Positions 45,390 to 56,113 of a stretch of DNA of 64,000 bases are shown here, in pieces. Position numbers and translations under genes: made by a program. The first letter of the stretch is position 1, and each line of letters begins with the position of its first letter. Source of the DNA: an uncultured delta proteobacterium (lineage in GTDB: Bacteria > Myxococcota > Myxococcia > Myxococcales > Myxococcaceae); assembly GCA_963771175.1 (NCBI GenBank), contig CAVYSY010000032.1, positions 288,001 to 352,000 on the forward strand, given 5' to 3'. The notes beneath the pieces were generated by a model. That model saw nothing but the letters and a program-made list of their open reading frames with translations. It was not told the origin of the DNA and made no database searches.

Positions 45390-48128
45390 TCAGAGAGACT
45401 GCGAGATCGTCTGCCGGTTGAGGATGCGAGGCGTGATGAAGATGAGCAGCTCCTGCCGGTCATCGCGCTCTCGGTGGTTCTTGAACAGCAGGCCCAGCAC
45501 CGGAATCTTGGACAGGAAGGGCACCGAGTTGGTCGTGGTGCTGCCGCGGCGCACGTAGATGCCGCCGATGACGGTGGTGTCGCCGTCCTTCACCAGTACC
45601 TGGGTGTTGGCCTCCTTGCGCTGGATGGCGGGCTGACCGTTGGCGCCGGTGTTGGCCGGGTCCGGCTGGTTGTTCTGCGCGTTGATGCTCATCATGATGC
45701 TGCCGTCCTGGGTGATGTGCGGCGTCACCTCGAGCGACAGACGCGCTTCGACGAAGGTGGTGTTGGCACCGCTGGCGGACACCTGGCTGAAGGGCAGCGA
45801 CACGCCCTGGCTGATGCGGGCGGTGATGTTGTCCAGCGTGGTGACCCGGGGCGCGGAGATGGTCTTCACGACACCCTCGTTCTCCGCCGCGGACAGGCGC
45901 AGGTTGAGGGCGAGCGCGCCACCGGCCGAGCCGAAGACGAAGCCCAGCGCACCACCCGTGCCCAGACCGGTGCCGACCGGCAGGTTGACGGCGAAGTTCG
46001 GCACGTCGGAGACGCCCGGCGAGGTGCCTTCCACGCCACCCGTCACCGCGACGCTGTTGGGGAAGATGAGGCCGGTGGCATTGCCGGTGACGGGCGCGGC
46101 CAACGCCTGACCGCCCCACTGCACGCCAAGCTCGCGGCTGAACGTGGTGTTGGCTTCCACGATGCGGCTCTCGATGAGCACCTGCGGCGTCTGCGTGTCC
46201 AGGTTGCGCACCAGCGCCCTCGCCTTGTCGGTGGTCTCGCGGATGTCCTTGATGATGAGCACGTTGGTGCGCGTATCCACCGTCACCGAACCACGCGCGC
46301 TCAACACGTCCTTCACCCGCGCGGACATGTCGGCGGCGCTCGCGTAGTTCACCGGGACGAGGCTCACCATCAGCGGCTCCTGCGCCACCATCGACTCCTT
46401 GCGCTTCTGGCGCGAGGCCGCCTCTTCCTCCAGCGTCTTCAGCGGGGCCACGCGGAGGATGTTGCCGATCTCCTCCTTGCCCAGCGACTTGGTGCGCAGG
46501 ATGAGATCCAGCGCCTGATCCCAGGGCACGTTGCGCAGGCGGATCGTCACCTTGCCCTGCACGTCATCGGCCACGACGATGTTCTTCTTGGAGATCTCCG
46601 CGATGACGCGCAGCAGGTTCTGGATGTCGATGTCCTTGAACTCGAAGGACACCTTCTTGCCGCGGTAGCGGGCCTGCTGCGGAGCGCCCTCGGCGGCGTA
46701 GGCGGGAGCCTCGGCGGTGAAGCCGGCGGTGCGCTGGGTGACGGCCACCTGCTCCGTCTTCACACCCTTGACGTTCAGCCGCCACGCGAGGCCACCAGCC
46801 ACCTGGCTCACGTTCTCCTCGATGGCGCCGTCCGCGGCCACCACCACGCGCACCCGGTTGCCCTCGCCGGGCACCGAGAAGGCGCTGATCATCTTCACCG
46901 GCGTCTCCAGATCTCCGGTGTCCAGGCTGCGCTCGAGCCGGCGTGGCAGCTTCGCGTTCTCCAGCGTCAGCACCGCGCTGCGAGGATCCGGCCGCTCCAC
47001 CTTCCACGCCACCGCGCCGGAGAGCTTCAGGTTCACCCGCCCACCGGAGTCGTTCTCGTCGAAGGACAGGTCCTTGACCTCCACGGTCGCCGGCTGCGCG
47101 GCCACGGGGGCGGGACGCAGGGGCTCGTTCTCGGCCACCACCTTGTCGGGCGTGTCGGCCACGGGGGCCGGCTTACGGGCCACCTTGCCACCGAGCGCCA
47201 CCTCGAGCCCACGGCCCTTGCGCTCCACCCGGTACGCCGGCATGTCGCCGCGCACGTCGAGCACCAGCCGCACCTTGTCCGAGTGCGCGCCCACGCGAAC
47301 GTCCTTCAGCGACGAACCCGACTGCACACGCGGGGCACGCGCGGACAGGCCCACGCCGTACACGTCCACCGCGAGCCGCGGCGGATCCGCCAGCTCCAGC
47401 ACCTCGTAGCGAGCCACCTCGCCGTCGGCGCGGATGCTCAGCGTCTCACGGGCGAAGGACAGGGCGGTGATACGCCGGGCCGGGTGCGCCACCTCGCGCT
47501 CGTCCGCCTCGGCCGCCACCACGTTCTCCGGCAGCGCGGGGGCCGGGGCCTTGGCCACGGCGGGAGCCGGCTGCTCGACGGGAACCTTCTTTTCCGGCGA
47601 CTCGCTCGGAGCCGTCGGCCGCGGCGCGGGCTGCACCGCCGGAGCGGGCTCGGCCCTGGCCACGGCGGGAGCCGTCTGCTCGGGCTTCACCTCGGGCGTG
47701 GCCTTCGCCTCGGCCGCCACTCCATCCACCGAGATGATGACCCGGTTGCCGTCCGCGCGCACGTCGTACTGCGCGGCCTGGTGCAGCGCCACCAACACCC
47801 GGCCCACGCTCGCGCGCTCATCCGAGAACTGGGAGGCCACCACGCCGGACACCGGACCCTCTCCGGTATGGTGCCCCTTGATGCCCGTGGCGTCCGCGGA
47901 CGAGAGGTCCACCACCAACCGCTCCGGACCACTCAACCGGAACACGGTGAAGGTAGGAGCCCGGGTGCCAGTCACCACCACCTGGGCGCCCGCTCCCGTC
48001 TGCACGACCTTCAGGTCACGCAGCGTATTGAGCTCGGCGGCCGAGGCCCCGACGCCCACGATGGCAACCAGCAGCGCGGTCACCATGCTCATCCACTTGC
48101 CCCTCGTCACAACGCTCTTCTCGAGCAT
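45390..48128 (-). CDS. pilQ: Type IVa pilus secretin with AMIN domains
   Basis: AMIN RLVVDL/PPRLAVD, NVPWDQALD, QVLIESRIVEA, VPFLSKIPVLGLLF, ELLIFITPRI. Confidence 0.97.
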   Translation of the reverse strand: MLEKSVVTRGKWMSMVTALLVAIVGVGASAAELNTLRDLKVVQTGAGAQVVVTGTRAPTFTVFRLSGPERLVVDLSSADATGIKGHHTGEGPVSGVVASQFSDERASVGRVLVALHQAAQYDVRADGNRVIISVDGVAAEAKATPEVKPEQTAPAVARAEPAPAVQPAPRPTAPSESPEKKVPVEQPAPAVAKAPAPALPENVVAAEADEREVAHPARRITALSFARETLSIRADGEVARYEVLELADPPRLAVDVYGVGLSARAPRVQSGSSLKDVRVGAHSDKVRLVLDVRGDMPAYRVERKGRGLEVALGGKVARKPAPVADTPDKVVAENEPLRPAPVAAQPATVEVKDLSFDENDSGGRVNLKLSGAVAWKVERPDPRSAVLTLENAKLPRRLERSLDTGDLETPVKMISAFSVPGEGNRVRVVVAADGAIEENVSQVAGGLAWRLNVKGVKTEQVAVTQRTAGFTAEAPAYAAEGAPQQARYRGKKVSFEFKDIDIQNLLRVIAEISKKNIVVADDVQGKVTIRLRNVPWDQALDLILRTKSLGKEEIGNILRVAPLKTLEEEAASRQKRKESMVAQEPLMVSLVPVNYASAADMSARVKDVLSARGSVTVDTRTNVLIIKDIRETTDKARALVRNLDTQTPQVLIESRIVEANTTFSRELGVQWGGQALAAPVTGNATGLIFPNSVAVTGGVEGTSPGVSDVPNFAVNLPVGTGLGTGGALGFVFGSAGGALALNLRLSAAENEGVVKTISAPRVTTLDNITARISQGVSLPFSQVSASGANTTFVEARLSLEVTPHITQDGSIMMSINAQNNQPDPANTGANGQPAIQRKEANTQVLVKDGDTTVIGGIYVRRGSTTTNSVPFLSKIPVLGLLFKNHRERDDRQELLIFITPRILNRQTISQSL

Positions 48129-48196
48129 GCTTCCCCTCAACAAGTCGCTATGGGCAGAGAGAGCCAGGTCAGCCCGGCTCCCACTTCACCGGGCCG

Positions 48197-48763
48197 CTAC
48201 GGCTCCCAGTTCTTGCCCGTCATCAGGTCGTAGGCGGGGTTCACCGTGGTGTCCTGCCGCAGTTCCAGCTTCACGGGGTTCTGGATCACCCGCTCGGGCG
48301 TGGTGATGACCTCGGTGACGATGACCTCGTCGCGGAGGATCTGCGTCACCTTGCCACCCTGACGCCCCATCCGGGTGTTGCGGCGCACGATGTGGCCGCG
48401 CCCCATCGGGTCCTCCACCATGGCCATCGGGTTGGCGTCACCGGTGACTACCGCCACCAGCTTGAGCTGATCGATGTCCCACTGGCACAGCGCCTCGTTG
48501 CACGCCAACTGAGGCCCGGTCTGCTGTCCGTCGGGCTTGACTTCCTCGACAGGACTGCGGAACGGGTCGCGCTTGCCCACCGGGTTGTAATTGTAGATGT
48601 ACGTCGGCGCCGCGGCCGCTGCCACCGCGACCTCCGCGACCTTCGCGGGCGCGGCCTGGGCAGGCGCCGGCGCGGGCGGCGGAGGCACGTACTCGTCCTC
48701 GCCACAACCCGCGAGCGCGAGGGCCAGTGCCCCCGAGATGAACATGGAGTGGAACGTCTTCAT
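48197..48763 (-). CDS. pilP: Pilus lipoprotein PilP
   Basis: LAG-C lipobox, KRDPFRS, LKLVAVV. Confidence 0.92.
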   Translation of the reverse strand: MKTFHSMFISGALALALAGCGEDEYVPPPPAPAPAQAAPAKVAEVAVAAAAAPTYIYNYNPVGKRDPFRSPVEEVKPDGQQTGPQLACNEALCQWDIDQLKLVAVVTGDANPMAMVEDPMGRGHIVRRNTRMGRQGGKVTQILRDEVIVTEVITTPERVIQNPVKLELRQDTTVNPAYDLMTGKNWEP

Positions 48764-48841
48764 CCTCAGGTCCCCTTGTCGCCCCATTTCCAGGACCGAT
48801 CAAGTTTCTGCTACGACTTATTGGGTCTTCGCCTCGACTGC

Positions 48842-49432
48842 CTACTTCGGCGGCGGCTTCGTCTCGACGAAACGGAACGTGGTGGCCATGAAGGAGCTCT
48901 GCAGGAGCACCTTCTCGTTCTTCAGGGTGGCGCTACCGAGCTGGATGTTGTTCACGTTCACGATGCGCCGCATGTTCGCCACCTCCTGCAGGAACATGGC
49001 GATCTCGTGATAGTTGCCGGACACCACCATCTTGATGGGGATGCGCGCGAAGAAGTCGCCGCCGCCCACGCTCTCCGGACCCGGCTCCACGCGGGAGATG
49101 GCCAGCCCCGACTTCTTCCCGATGTCATTGAGCTGCGCGAGCAGCTCCTCGACGTCCTTGTTCTCGGGCAGCTCGGTGAGGGCCTCGGCGAGCTTCTGCT
49201 CCAGCACGTCCATCTCGCGCCGGCGCTCGTTGAGGTTCTGGGCGATCTCGCTCTTCTCCGCGAGGTCCATGTCCAGCCGGCGCTGCTCGGCGCGCTGTCC
49301 CTCCGCCTGCTCCTCCAGCGGCTGGATGACCCAGAAGAAATTGGCGGCGGTCATCACCACCACCGCGGCCGCCAGCCCGCCGAACTTCACCGCGGGAGGC
49401 GCCTTCACGATCCTATCGAGGTACTTGTCCAT
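48842..49432 (-). CDS. pilO: PilO
   Basis: ELPENKDVEELL, GNYHEIAMFL..RIVNV. Confidence 0.93.
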   Translation of the reverse strand: MDKYLDRIVKAPPAVKFGGLAAAVVVMTAANFFWVIQPLEEQAEGQRAEQRRLDMDLAEKSEIAQNLNERRREMDVLEQKLAEALTELPENKDVEELLAQLNDIGKKSGLAISRVEPGPESVGGGDFFARIPIKMVVSGNYHEIAMFLQEVANMRRIVNVNNIQLGSATLKNEKVLLQSSFMATTFRFVETKPPPK

Positions 49433-49446
49433 CGTGTTCAGGCTCC

Positions 49447-50124
49447 TCAGATGGCGTAGTTGGCGCTGAGGGTGATGTCGAAATCCACCGACCCCGCCTC
49501 ACCCGGCTTGGGCGCGGCACCCTGAGCGGTGCTCTTCAGTTCGACGGCGGAGAAGAAGGGCTTGATGTCACCCACGGGGAACTCCTCGATGGCCACGTCC
49601 GCGGCCACCAACTCCACGCGAGACGTCTTGGCGTCGCGGCGCTGCTCCACCAGGCGACCGATGCCCTTGGGCGTCCACACCATGCTGTTGAGGTTGCGCA
49701 TCAACTCGGCCACGTCGTCGTGGCTGAGGGCGGAGCCCACCAGCTTCACGTTGCCGCGCTCCTCGTTGAAGGTCTTGATCCAGGCCTTCTTGGGCAGCGC
49801 GGTGGCGAGGGCGTCCAGCAGGCGCACGGGACCGGAGCGGCCTCTGCGCAGCTCGTCCAGCACGGCCAGCTTCTTCTCCACCTCGACCTTGCGGGCATTG
49901 ATGTTCTTCACCTCGCCGATCGTCTTGTCGAGCTCGGCGATGCGCGCACGGGTGGCGTTCAGGCCAGCGGCCTGCCTCTGGACCACGTCGTCCCGGTCGG
50001 AATACCAGAAGAAGTTGCCCACGCCGGCGGCGATGAGCACCACAGCGAAGAGGGCCAGGATCTGCCGGCCCATCTCCTGCTGCACTTTCTTCCGGACGGG
50101 CAACAGGTTGATGCGGATCATCAT
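49447..50124 (-). CDS. pilN: PilN
   Basis: MIRINLLP followed by a TM helix and coiled coil. Confidence 0.94.
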   Translation of the reverse strand: MMIRINLLPVRKKVQQEMGRQILALFAVVLIAAGVGNFFWYSDRDDVVQRQAAGLNATRARIAELDKTIGEVKNINARKVEVEKKLAVLDELRRGRSGPVRLLDALATALPKKAWIKTFNEERGNVKLVGSALSHDDVAELMRNLNSMVWTPKGIGRLVEQRRDAKTSRVELVAADVAIEEFPVGDIKPFFSAVELKSTAQGAAPKPGEAGSVDFDITLSANYAI

Positions 50125-50165
50125 GTGAGTCGGTCCTTCGAACCTTCGAAATCGGAGAAGAAAGG

Positions 50166-51248
50166 TCAGCCGAGCTTGTCACCCGGACGGCGCAACGCCA
50201 GACCCACGGCCACCGCGGCCATCGGCGCCACCTCCATGATGAAGGAGGGGTCGAACTTGCGGTTGTCCACGTCGATCTTCCGGAAGGGGTTCAGGATCTC
50301 CACCGGCACGCCCACGCGCGACTCGATGGTCTTGAACAGCGCCGGAATCTTGGCGGTTCCACCAGAGAGGTAGACCTTGGTGAAGTTGGCATCCACGGCG
50401 GTGCCCGCGTAGAAGTCGAGCGAGCGCTGGATTTCACCGGCCACCTGCTCGGCCACGCCAGTGAGCACCCGCTCCACTTCCTGGGGGACCACCGCGTCCG
50501 AGTCGCCGCGGGTGCCGCCGATCTTCAGCGCCTCGGCCTCCTCGTAGGAGACGTTGAGCTGCTTCTGGATCTCTTCGGTGAACTGGTTGCCACCGATGGT
50601 GACGTCACGGGTGAACACCGTGGCGCCGTTGGAGATGATGTTGATGTTCACCACCGAGGCGCCCGCGTTGATGAGCACCACCGTCTCCTTGTCGGGGATG
50701 TCGTAGTTGGTGGCGAACATGTTCTGGACGGCGAAGGCGTCCACGTCCACCACCACCGGCTGGAGCCCCGACTCGGAGACCACGGTGGTGTAGTCGTTGA
50801 TCATGTCCTTCTTGGCCGCGACCAGCAGCACGTCCATCTGGCCGGTGGCGTCATTGCCGCCCGCGTCCAGGATCTGCGTGTCGATGTTCACGTCCTTGAC
50901 GTCGAAGGGGATGTACTGCTCCGCCTCCCACTGGATGCTCTCCTCGAGCTCCTCCTGGCTCATCCGGGGCATCTGGATCTTCTTGATGATGACCGAGTGG
51001 CCGGAGACGCCGATGGCGACCTCCTTGTTTTTGATTTTCAGCTCGGACATGAGCTCCTGCAGCGCCTGGACGATGGCGGTGGAGTTCATCAACGCGCCGT
51101 CGACGATGGCCTCAGGAGGCAGCGGCTTCATACCGAAGCTCTGCAGCGCGTAGCTCACCTGGCCACGCTTGCGCTGCTCCTTGAGCAGGATCATCTTCAC
51201 CGAGGTCGATCCGATATCGAGACCGAGAGCCAGCTTTCCCTTCGCCAT
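50166..51248 (-). CDS. pilM: PilM actin-like protein
   Basis: LGLDIGSTSVK, EAEQYIPF, YLSGGTAKI, AVAVGLALR. Confidence 0.96.
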   Translation of the reverse strand: MAKGKLALGLDIGSTSVKMILLKEQRKRGQVSYALQSFGMKPLPPEAIVDGALMNSTAIVQALQELMSELKIKNKEVAIGVSGHSVIIKKIQMPRMSQEELEESIQWEAEQYIPFDVKDVNIDTQILDAGGNDATGQMDVLLVAAKKDMINDYTTVVSESGLQPVVVDVDAFAVQNMFATNYDIPDKETVVLINAGASVVNINIISNGATVFTRDVTIGGNQFTEEIQKQLNVSYEEAEALKIGGTRGDSDAVVPQEVERVLTGVAEQVAGEIQRSLDFYAGTAVDANFTKVYLSGGTAKIPALFKTIESRVGVPVEILNPFRKIDVDNRKFDPSFIMEVAPMAAVAVGLALRRPGDKLG

Positions 51249-51464
51249 ACAGTCGTTGCTCCGTGGAGGGGCCACCAGCGTAGCACCGGCTCGCGAGCCC
51301 TCCTAAAAAGTGCTCCGCGCCTGCCCGCGTTGCAGGCGGCCAATCTGTCCCCCGGAATCCCACGGCGGTGAACCCACGCCGCTCTGACGAGGCCGATTTT
51401 CCGGCTCCGGACGCGTCTCGTCAAATCCGCCCATCCTCCGCCCTGCCCCCTACCGGGCAGGCAG

Positions 51465-52880
51465 TCACCCTCGCTCCCCCTCGGCGTCCGCGTCGATTCC
51501 GTACTCCTTGATTTTATACAGCAGGGCCCGATGGCTGATCTCCAGAACCTCGGCGGCGCGGGTCCGGTTGCCCCGGGTGCGGCGCAGGGCGGCGCGGATG
51601 TAGGACTCCTCCAGGTCACGGATGGCCTGCTTCAAGGAGAGATTGGCGTCGGGAGGGGGGCAAGGGGAGGAGGGGGCGGGGTCGGGGGCCGGCTGGGGCG
51701 CGGACCAGAGCCGCTCTGGCAGGTTCTGAGGGAGGATCCGCTCCCCCTCGGCCAGCAGGACCGCGCGCTCCATCGCGTTCTCCAGCTCCCGCACGTTGCC
51801 CGGCCACCCGTAGGAGGCCATCAGCGACTCGGCCTCGAGGCTGAAGCCGAGCACGGGCGGCTCGCGGTTGAGCTCGCGGTTGAAGCGGGAGAGGAAGGCG
51901 CGCGCCAGCAGGATGATGTCCCCGGGGCGCTCGCGCAGCGGGGGCACCCGCACGTTCACCACGTTGAGCCGGTAGTACAGGTCCTCGCGGAACTCGCCCC
52001 GCTCCACCAGCCGGCCCAGGTCGCGCAGCGTGGCGGCGAGGACGCGCACGTCCACCCTCTCCGAGCGGTTCTCCCCCACCGGGCGGATTTCGCCCTCCTG
52101 GAGCACCCGCAGCAGCTTCACCTGGGCGGCCGGGGGCAGCTCCCCGATCTCGTCGAGGAAGAGCGTGCCGCCATCGGCCTCGCTGAAGAGGCCGCGCCGG
52201 GCGGTGCGCGCGTCGGTGAAGGCCCCCTTCGCATGACCGAAGAGCTCGCTCTCGAGGAGGCCCGCGGGGATGGCGCCGCAGTTGACGGCGACGAAGGGCA
52301 TGGCGGCCCGGGGCGAGCGCGCGTGCAGCGCCCGGGCGACGAGCTCCTTGCCCGTCCCGCTCTCGCCGGAGATGAGGACGGTGGTCCCCACCGGCGCGAG
52401 CCGCTCCACCTGCCGCAGCACCGTGCGGATGGGCTCGCTCTCCCCGAGGATGCCCGCCGCGGGCGTGCTCCCTCCGGCCCCCTGCAGGCGCCGGTTCTCC
52501 CGCATCAGCCGCTCGCGCTCCTCGGCCTTGCGCAGGACGAAGATGATCTCCTCGGGCTTGAAGGGCTTGCGGACGTAGTCGTACGCGCCGGCGCCCACCG
52601 CCTCGAGTGCCTGCTCCTGCGAGCCGTACGCGCTCATCACCACGACCGTCAGGTGCGGGTGCTCGGCGAGGGCCTGGCGCAGCACGGACAGCCCATCGCG
52701 CTTCGGCATGCGCACGTCACACAGCAGCACGTCGTAGTCGCGCGCGGCCAATTCCCGGAGCGCCTCCTCGCCATCGGCCACGGCACGCACCTCGTACCCC
52801 AGCCCGGACAGCACCAGGGTGAGGACGTGGCGGAGCGAGGGCTCGTCATCGGCGACGAGGATGCTGCGGAAGAGGGCCAT
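51465..52880 (-). CDS. pilR2: Sigma54 response regulator (PilR2-like)
   Basis: Receiver domain, [14 protein letters not shown], Fis-type HTH; between pilS2 and pilM. Confidence 0.82.
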   Translation of the reverse strand: MALFRSILVADDEPSLRHVLTLVLSGLGYEVRAVADGEEALRELAARDYDVLLCDVRMPKRDGLSVLRQALAEHPHLTVVVMSAYGSQEQALEAVGAGAYDYVRKPFKPEEIIFVLRKAEERERLMRENRRLQGAGGSTPAAGILGESEPIRTVLRQVERLAPVGTTVLISGESGTGKELVARALHARSPRAAMPFVAVNCGAIPAGLLESELFGHAKGAFTDARTARRGLFSEADGGTLFLDEIGELPPAAQVKLLRVLQEGEIRPVGENRSERVDVRVLAATLRDLGRLVERGEFREDLYYRLNVVNVRVPPLRERPGDIILLARAFLSRFNRELNREPPVLGFSLEAESLMASYGWPGNVRELENAMERAVLLAEGERILPQNLPERLWSAPQPAPDPAPSSPCPPPDANLSLKQAIRDLEESYIRAALRRTRGNRTRAAEVLEISHRALLYKIKEYGIDADAEGERG

Positions 52881-52930
52881 GGCTGCACCCCAGGAGTAGC
52901 CCACTCTCGCGTGCTCGGCCAGATTCCGCC

Positions 52931-54052
52931 TCAGACGCCCGGCAGGCGGACGGAGAAGCGAGCACCGCCCCCGGGGATGTTCTCCGCCGTCAGCCGCCCG
53001 CCCATGCCCTCGGCCAGGCTGCGCGAGACGGCCAGCCCCAGCCCCGTGCCCTGACCGGGCTCCCGGGTGGTGAAGAAGGGCTCGAAGAGGCGCGGCATCA
53101 CCTCCTCCGGAATGCCCGGCCCCGCGTCCTCCACCAGCAGCAGCACATCTCCTCCCTCATTCCGGGTGGAGAGTCGCACCTCCCCCTCCCCTTCCATGGC
53201 CTGCACCGCGTTGAGCAACAGGTTGATGATGATCTGTGACAGCGGCCCGGAGTCCCCGCGCGCGAGCAGGCCGGGCGTGAGTGCGAGGGACAGCCGCACA
53301 CACGAGAAGTCCCGTCCGGCCTTCACGAGCTGCACGCACGCCTCCACCACGTGCCCCACATCCACCGGCCCCAGCCGCCCCCGCCCCGGACGACCGATCT
53401 CCAGCAGCCCTCGCACGATGCCGTCGATGCGCTGCACCTCATGATCGATGCGCGCGAGGAACTCCTGCACCTCTGGCTCCTGGGTGCGGGCACCGGCCAG
53501 CGACAGGTAGCCGAGGATGCCCGCCAGCGGGTTGCCCACCTCATGGGCGACGCCCGCGGCGAGCCGGCCCACGGTGGCCAGCCGCTCCGAGGAGACGAGC
53601 TCCATCTGCGCCTGGGCCAGGCGCGCATTGGCGGCACGCAGGGCCTCCACCTGACGCCGGGTCGTCTCCTGCTCGTCCTGGAGCGCCAGGGCCATGCGAG
53701 AGAGGGCCCGCTGGATGCGCGACAACAGGGGCCCCGCGCTCTCCGGCATCGACGCGTCCAACTCCAGGCGGCCGAGCTGCTCCACCAGCTCCTCGGTGCG
53801 GCGCAGGGGGCGGCCCACCATCAGGTCCAGCACCCCGTACGCCACGACGGTGATCAGAACCAGGTCAAACGCGAGGAGGAAGGGCAGCGAGCCGATCGTG
53901 CGCGCCAGCAGGGCGGCCTCCTTCGAGCCGTTCCCCGCGGTATGGAGCACCGCCTCCATCAGCGCGAGGAGCGGCCGATGCAGGGTGAGCCAGGTGAAGC
54001 CCGTGCCCACCACGCTGAGCAGGAAGGCGACGCTGGCGACCCGCCACTTCAT
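52931..54052 (-). CDS. pilS2: Sensor histidine kinase (PilS2-like)
   Basis: AGVAHEVGNPL, NLLLNA, FEPFFTT, GTGLGL. Confidence 0.82.
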   Translation of the reverse strand: MKWRVASVAFLLSVVGTGFTWLTLHRPLLALMEAVLHTAGNGSKEAALLARTIGSLPFLLAFDLVLITVVAYGVLDLMVGRPLRRTEELVEQLGRLELDASMPESAGPLLSRIQRALSRMALALQDEQETTRRQVEALRAANARLAQAQMELVSSERLATVGRLAAGVAHEVGNPLAGILGYLSLAGARTQEPEVQEFLARIDHEVQRIDGIVRGLLEIGRPGRGRLGPVDVGHVVEACVQLVKAGRDFSCVRLSLALTPGLLARGDSGPLSQIIINLLLNAVQAMEGEGEVRLSTRNEGGDVLLLVEDAGPGIPEEVMPRLFEPFFTTREPGQGTGLGLAVSRSLAEGMGGRLTAENIPGGGARFSVRLPGV

Positions 54053-54068
54053 CCCCGTGCGCCCTTCC

Positions 54069-55118
54069 TCACCGCATCCCCGTCATCAGGATGTCGAGCG
54101 GCACCGGCAGCACCGTGCTCAGCCACGGGCCGATCAGCATCACCTCGAGAGCGGCGAGCGACAGCCAAGGACCGAACGGAATGTTGGTGGGGCCCGGCAC
54201 CCAGTCATCGTCCTCGTCATCCTCCTCGTCGTCCGCGCCCCGAGCCCCCGCCTGCTCCGGCGCGACACCGGGCTCGCCCTCCGGTGGTGCACCCGACTCG
54301 GGAGCCGAGCCCGTCGTCGGCGCGGCGGAGACCTCGGGCACGGGTGACACGCCGGGCTCGCCCACCGGTGGCGTCCCCAGGTCCGGAGGCGTCCCCGTCG
54401 CGGGCACGCCAGGCTCCTCCGGCGCTGGCGCCGGTCCCGCCCGCCCGTGAATGAGGAGCATCAGCGAGCCCACCAGCGCGCCCTGCAACGAGGACAGGAA
54501 GATGACGCCGAGCAGCGCCTTCCAGGTGAGGAAGGCCCCGATGAGCGCCAGCAGGTACTTGTCTCCCCCACCCAGCGCCTCCTTCTTGAAGATCTTCTCT
54601 CCCAGCCACTCCATCCCCCAGAAGATGAGGAACGCGGCCACCGCGCCGATGGCCGAGTCACGCACCCGCTCCAGGCCGAGCGGGATCGACAGGGCCAGCC
54701 CGGCGGCGATGCCCGGCAGCGTCAGCTCGTGCGGGAGGATCCAATGCTCCAGGTCGATGAAGGAGAGCGACACCAGCAGCAACACGAGGATGAGGCCGGA
54801 CACCAGCTCGGGGCTCCAGCCGAAGCGGCGCTGACAGGCCAGGAAGAGCAGCGCGGTGAGCAGCTCGATGGCCGGATAGCGCCAGGAGATGGGCTGGCTA
54901 CACGAGCTGCAGCGCCCCCGGAGCGCGAGCCACGACAGGACTGGAATGTTCTCGTACCAGGCGAGTTGATGTCCACACTTGGGACAGCGCGAGCGCGGGC
55001 TCACGATGCTCTGCCCGTAGGGCACGCGAGCGATCACGACATTCAAGAAACTGCCGAAGAGCAGGCCCATGACGACAACCAGAGCCACGGCCGCTCCCTC
55101 CAGCGCCTGATGAGTCAC
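54069..55118 (-). CDS. pilD: Prepilin peptidase
   Basis: GSFLNVVIAR, CPKC..CSSC, FIDLEH, LGGGDKYL, IPFGPWL. Confidence 0.95.
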   Translation of the reverse strand: MTHQALEGAAVALVVVMGLLFGSFLNVVIARVPYGQSIVSPRSRCPKCGHQLAWYENIPVLSWLALRGRCSSCSQPISWRYPAIELLTALLFLACQRRFGWSPELVSGLILVLLLVSLSFIDLEHWILPHELTLPGIAAGLALSIPLGLERVRDSAIGAVAAFLIFWGMEWLGEKIFKKEALGGGDKYLLALIGAFLTWKALLGVIFLSSLQGALVGSLMLLIHGRAGPAPAPEEPGVPATGTPPDLGTPPVGEPGVSPVPEVSAAPTTGSAPESGAPPEGEPGVAPEQAGARGADDEEDDEDDDWVPGPTNIPFGPWLSLAALEVMLIGPWLSTVLPVPLDILMTGMR

Positions 55119-55199
55119 GTTTTCGAGTCCCTTCTTCCGCGAGGAGCTCCGGGCCGCGCAGCATAGGGCGCTCGCGCGGCCCGCGGGCAGACGATTCCT

Positions 55200-55213
55200 G
55201 TCACCTGAGTGAC
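55200..55213. promoter_or_regulatory. Palindrome GTCAC-N4-GTGAC, candidate activator site upstream of the pilA promoter
   Basis: gtcac ctga gtgac about 90 bp upstream of the -24 element. Confidence 0.35.
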
Positions 55214-55298
55214 GAAAATTGGCACCCGCATGGACATTTCGCGTCCATCGCCGCGTGCAAGTCCCTGGATCGCCGTCAAGGGGTCATGGGTTTGATCC

Positions 55299-55314
55299 TG
55301 GCACCATTCGTGCT
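55299..55314 (+). promoter_or_regulatory. Sigma54 -24/-12 promoter of pilA
   Basis: TGGCAC-cattc-GTGCT with correct GG..GC spacing, ~50 bp before the ATG. Confidence 0.75.
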
Positions 55315-55366
55315 ATTCCTCACTTCGGCTTCGGCCGCAACCCATCCCCCTCACCCAGGGAAGTCC

Positions 55367-56006
55367 ATGAACCGTCTGTTCGCCCGGAAGAACCGTGGCT
55401 TCACGCTCATCGAGCTGATGATCGTGGTCGCCATCATCGGAATCCTCGCCGCCATCGCCATCCCGAACTTCATCAAGTTCCAGGCTCGCTCCAAGCAGGG
55501 TGAGGCCAAGGCCAACCTGAAGGCCTGGTTCACCACCCAGCGCGCGTTCCTCCAGGAGAAGGACCGCTACGAGTCCGACATCAAGATCGTCGGCTACGCC
55601 CCGGAGCGCGGCAACCGCTACGCCTACTGGTTCACCGGCACCCCGACCTTCGAGATGCGTGAGGCCGCCGGCATCACCTCCCTGACCTCCGCCACCGGCA
55701 TCACGGTGGACACCGGCAAGTTCAAGGGCTCCAAGACCGATCCCAACGTACGTGCCCGCCACCCTGACGTTCACCGCTGGTGGCGGTGACGACCCGGCGA
55801 ACCCGGGCCGCTCCGCGACCTGCCCGGGCTGCAACATCGACGCGTACGCCGCTGGCAACGTCGACAACGAGGCCACGGGCGTCGACACCTGGTACATCTC
55901 CACCAAGGACGCCACGGGCACCGCGAATTGCGGCAACGCCGACGAGGCCATGGCCGTCGCCGGTACCCCGTACCTGAACTACAACGACGTGGACTGCGAC
56001 AAGTAA
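55367..56006 (+). CDS. pilA: Type IVa major pilin (apparent 1-nt frameshift ~55750)
   Basis: RG|FTLIELMIVVAIIGILAAIAIPNF; C-terminal AAGNVDNE..DTWYIS..NDVDCDK in the next frame. Confidence 0.95.
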
Positions 56007-56060
56007 TATCAGTTGACGCTCGGCTACCGGACGGCCCCTCGGGTCGCTAGTGGTTGATGA

Positions 56061-56102
56061 AGAAAGGGCATCCGGGCATAACCCGGGTGCCTTTTCTGTT
56101 TT
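56061..56102 (+). terminator. Intrinsic terminator after pilA
   Basis: agaaagggcatccggg-cataa-cccgggtgccttttct followed by gtttt. Confidence 0.8.
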
Positions 56103-56113
56103 GGTGCCGCCCT

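Noticed and set aside
55219..55240. Second TGGCAC upstream of pilA as a sigma54 promoter
   Set aside because: It lacks the GC at the -12 position; the 55299 site fits better.
55740..55790. pilA frameshift as phase variation or programmed frameshifting
   Set aside because: No homopolymer or simple-sequence tract at the site, and similar indels occur throughout the window.
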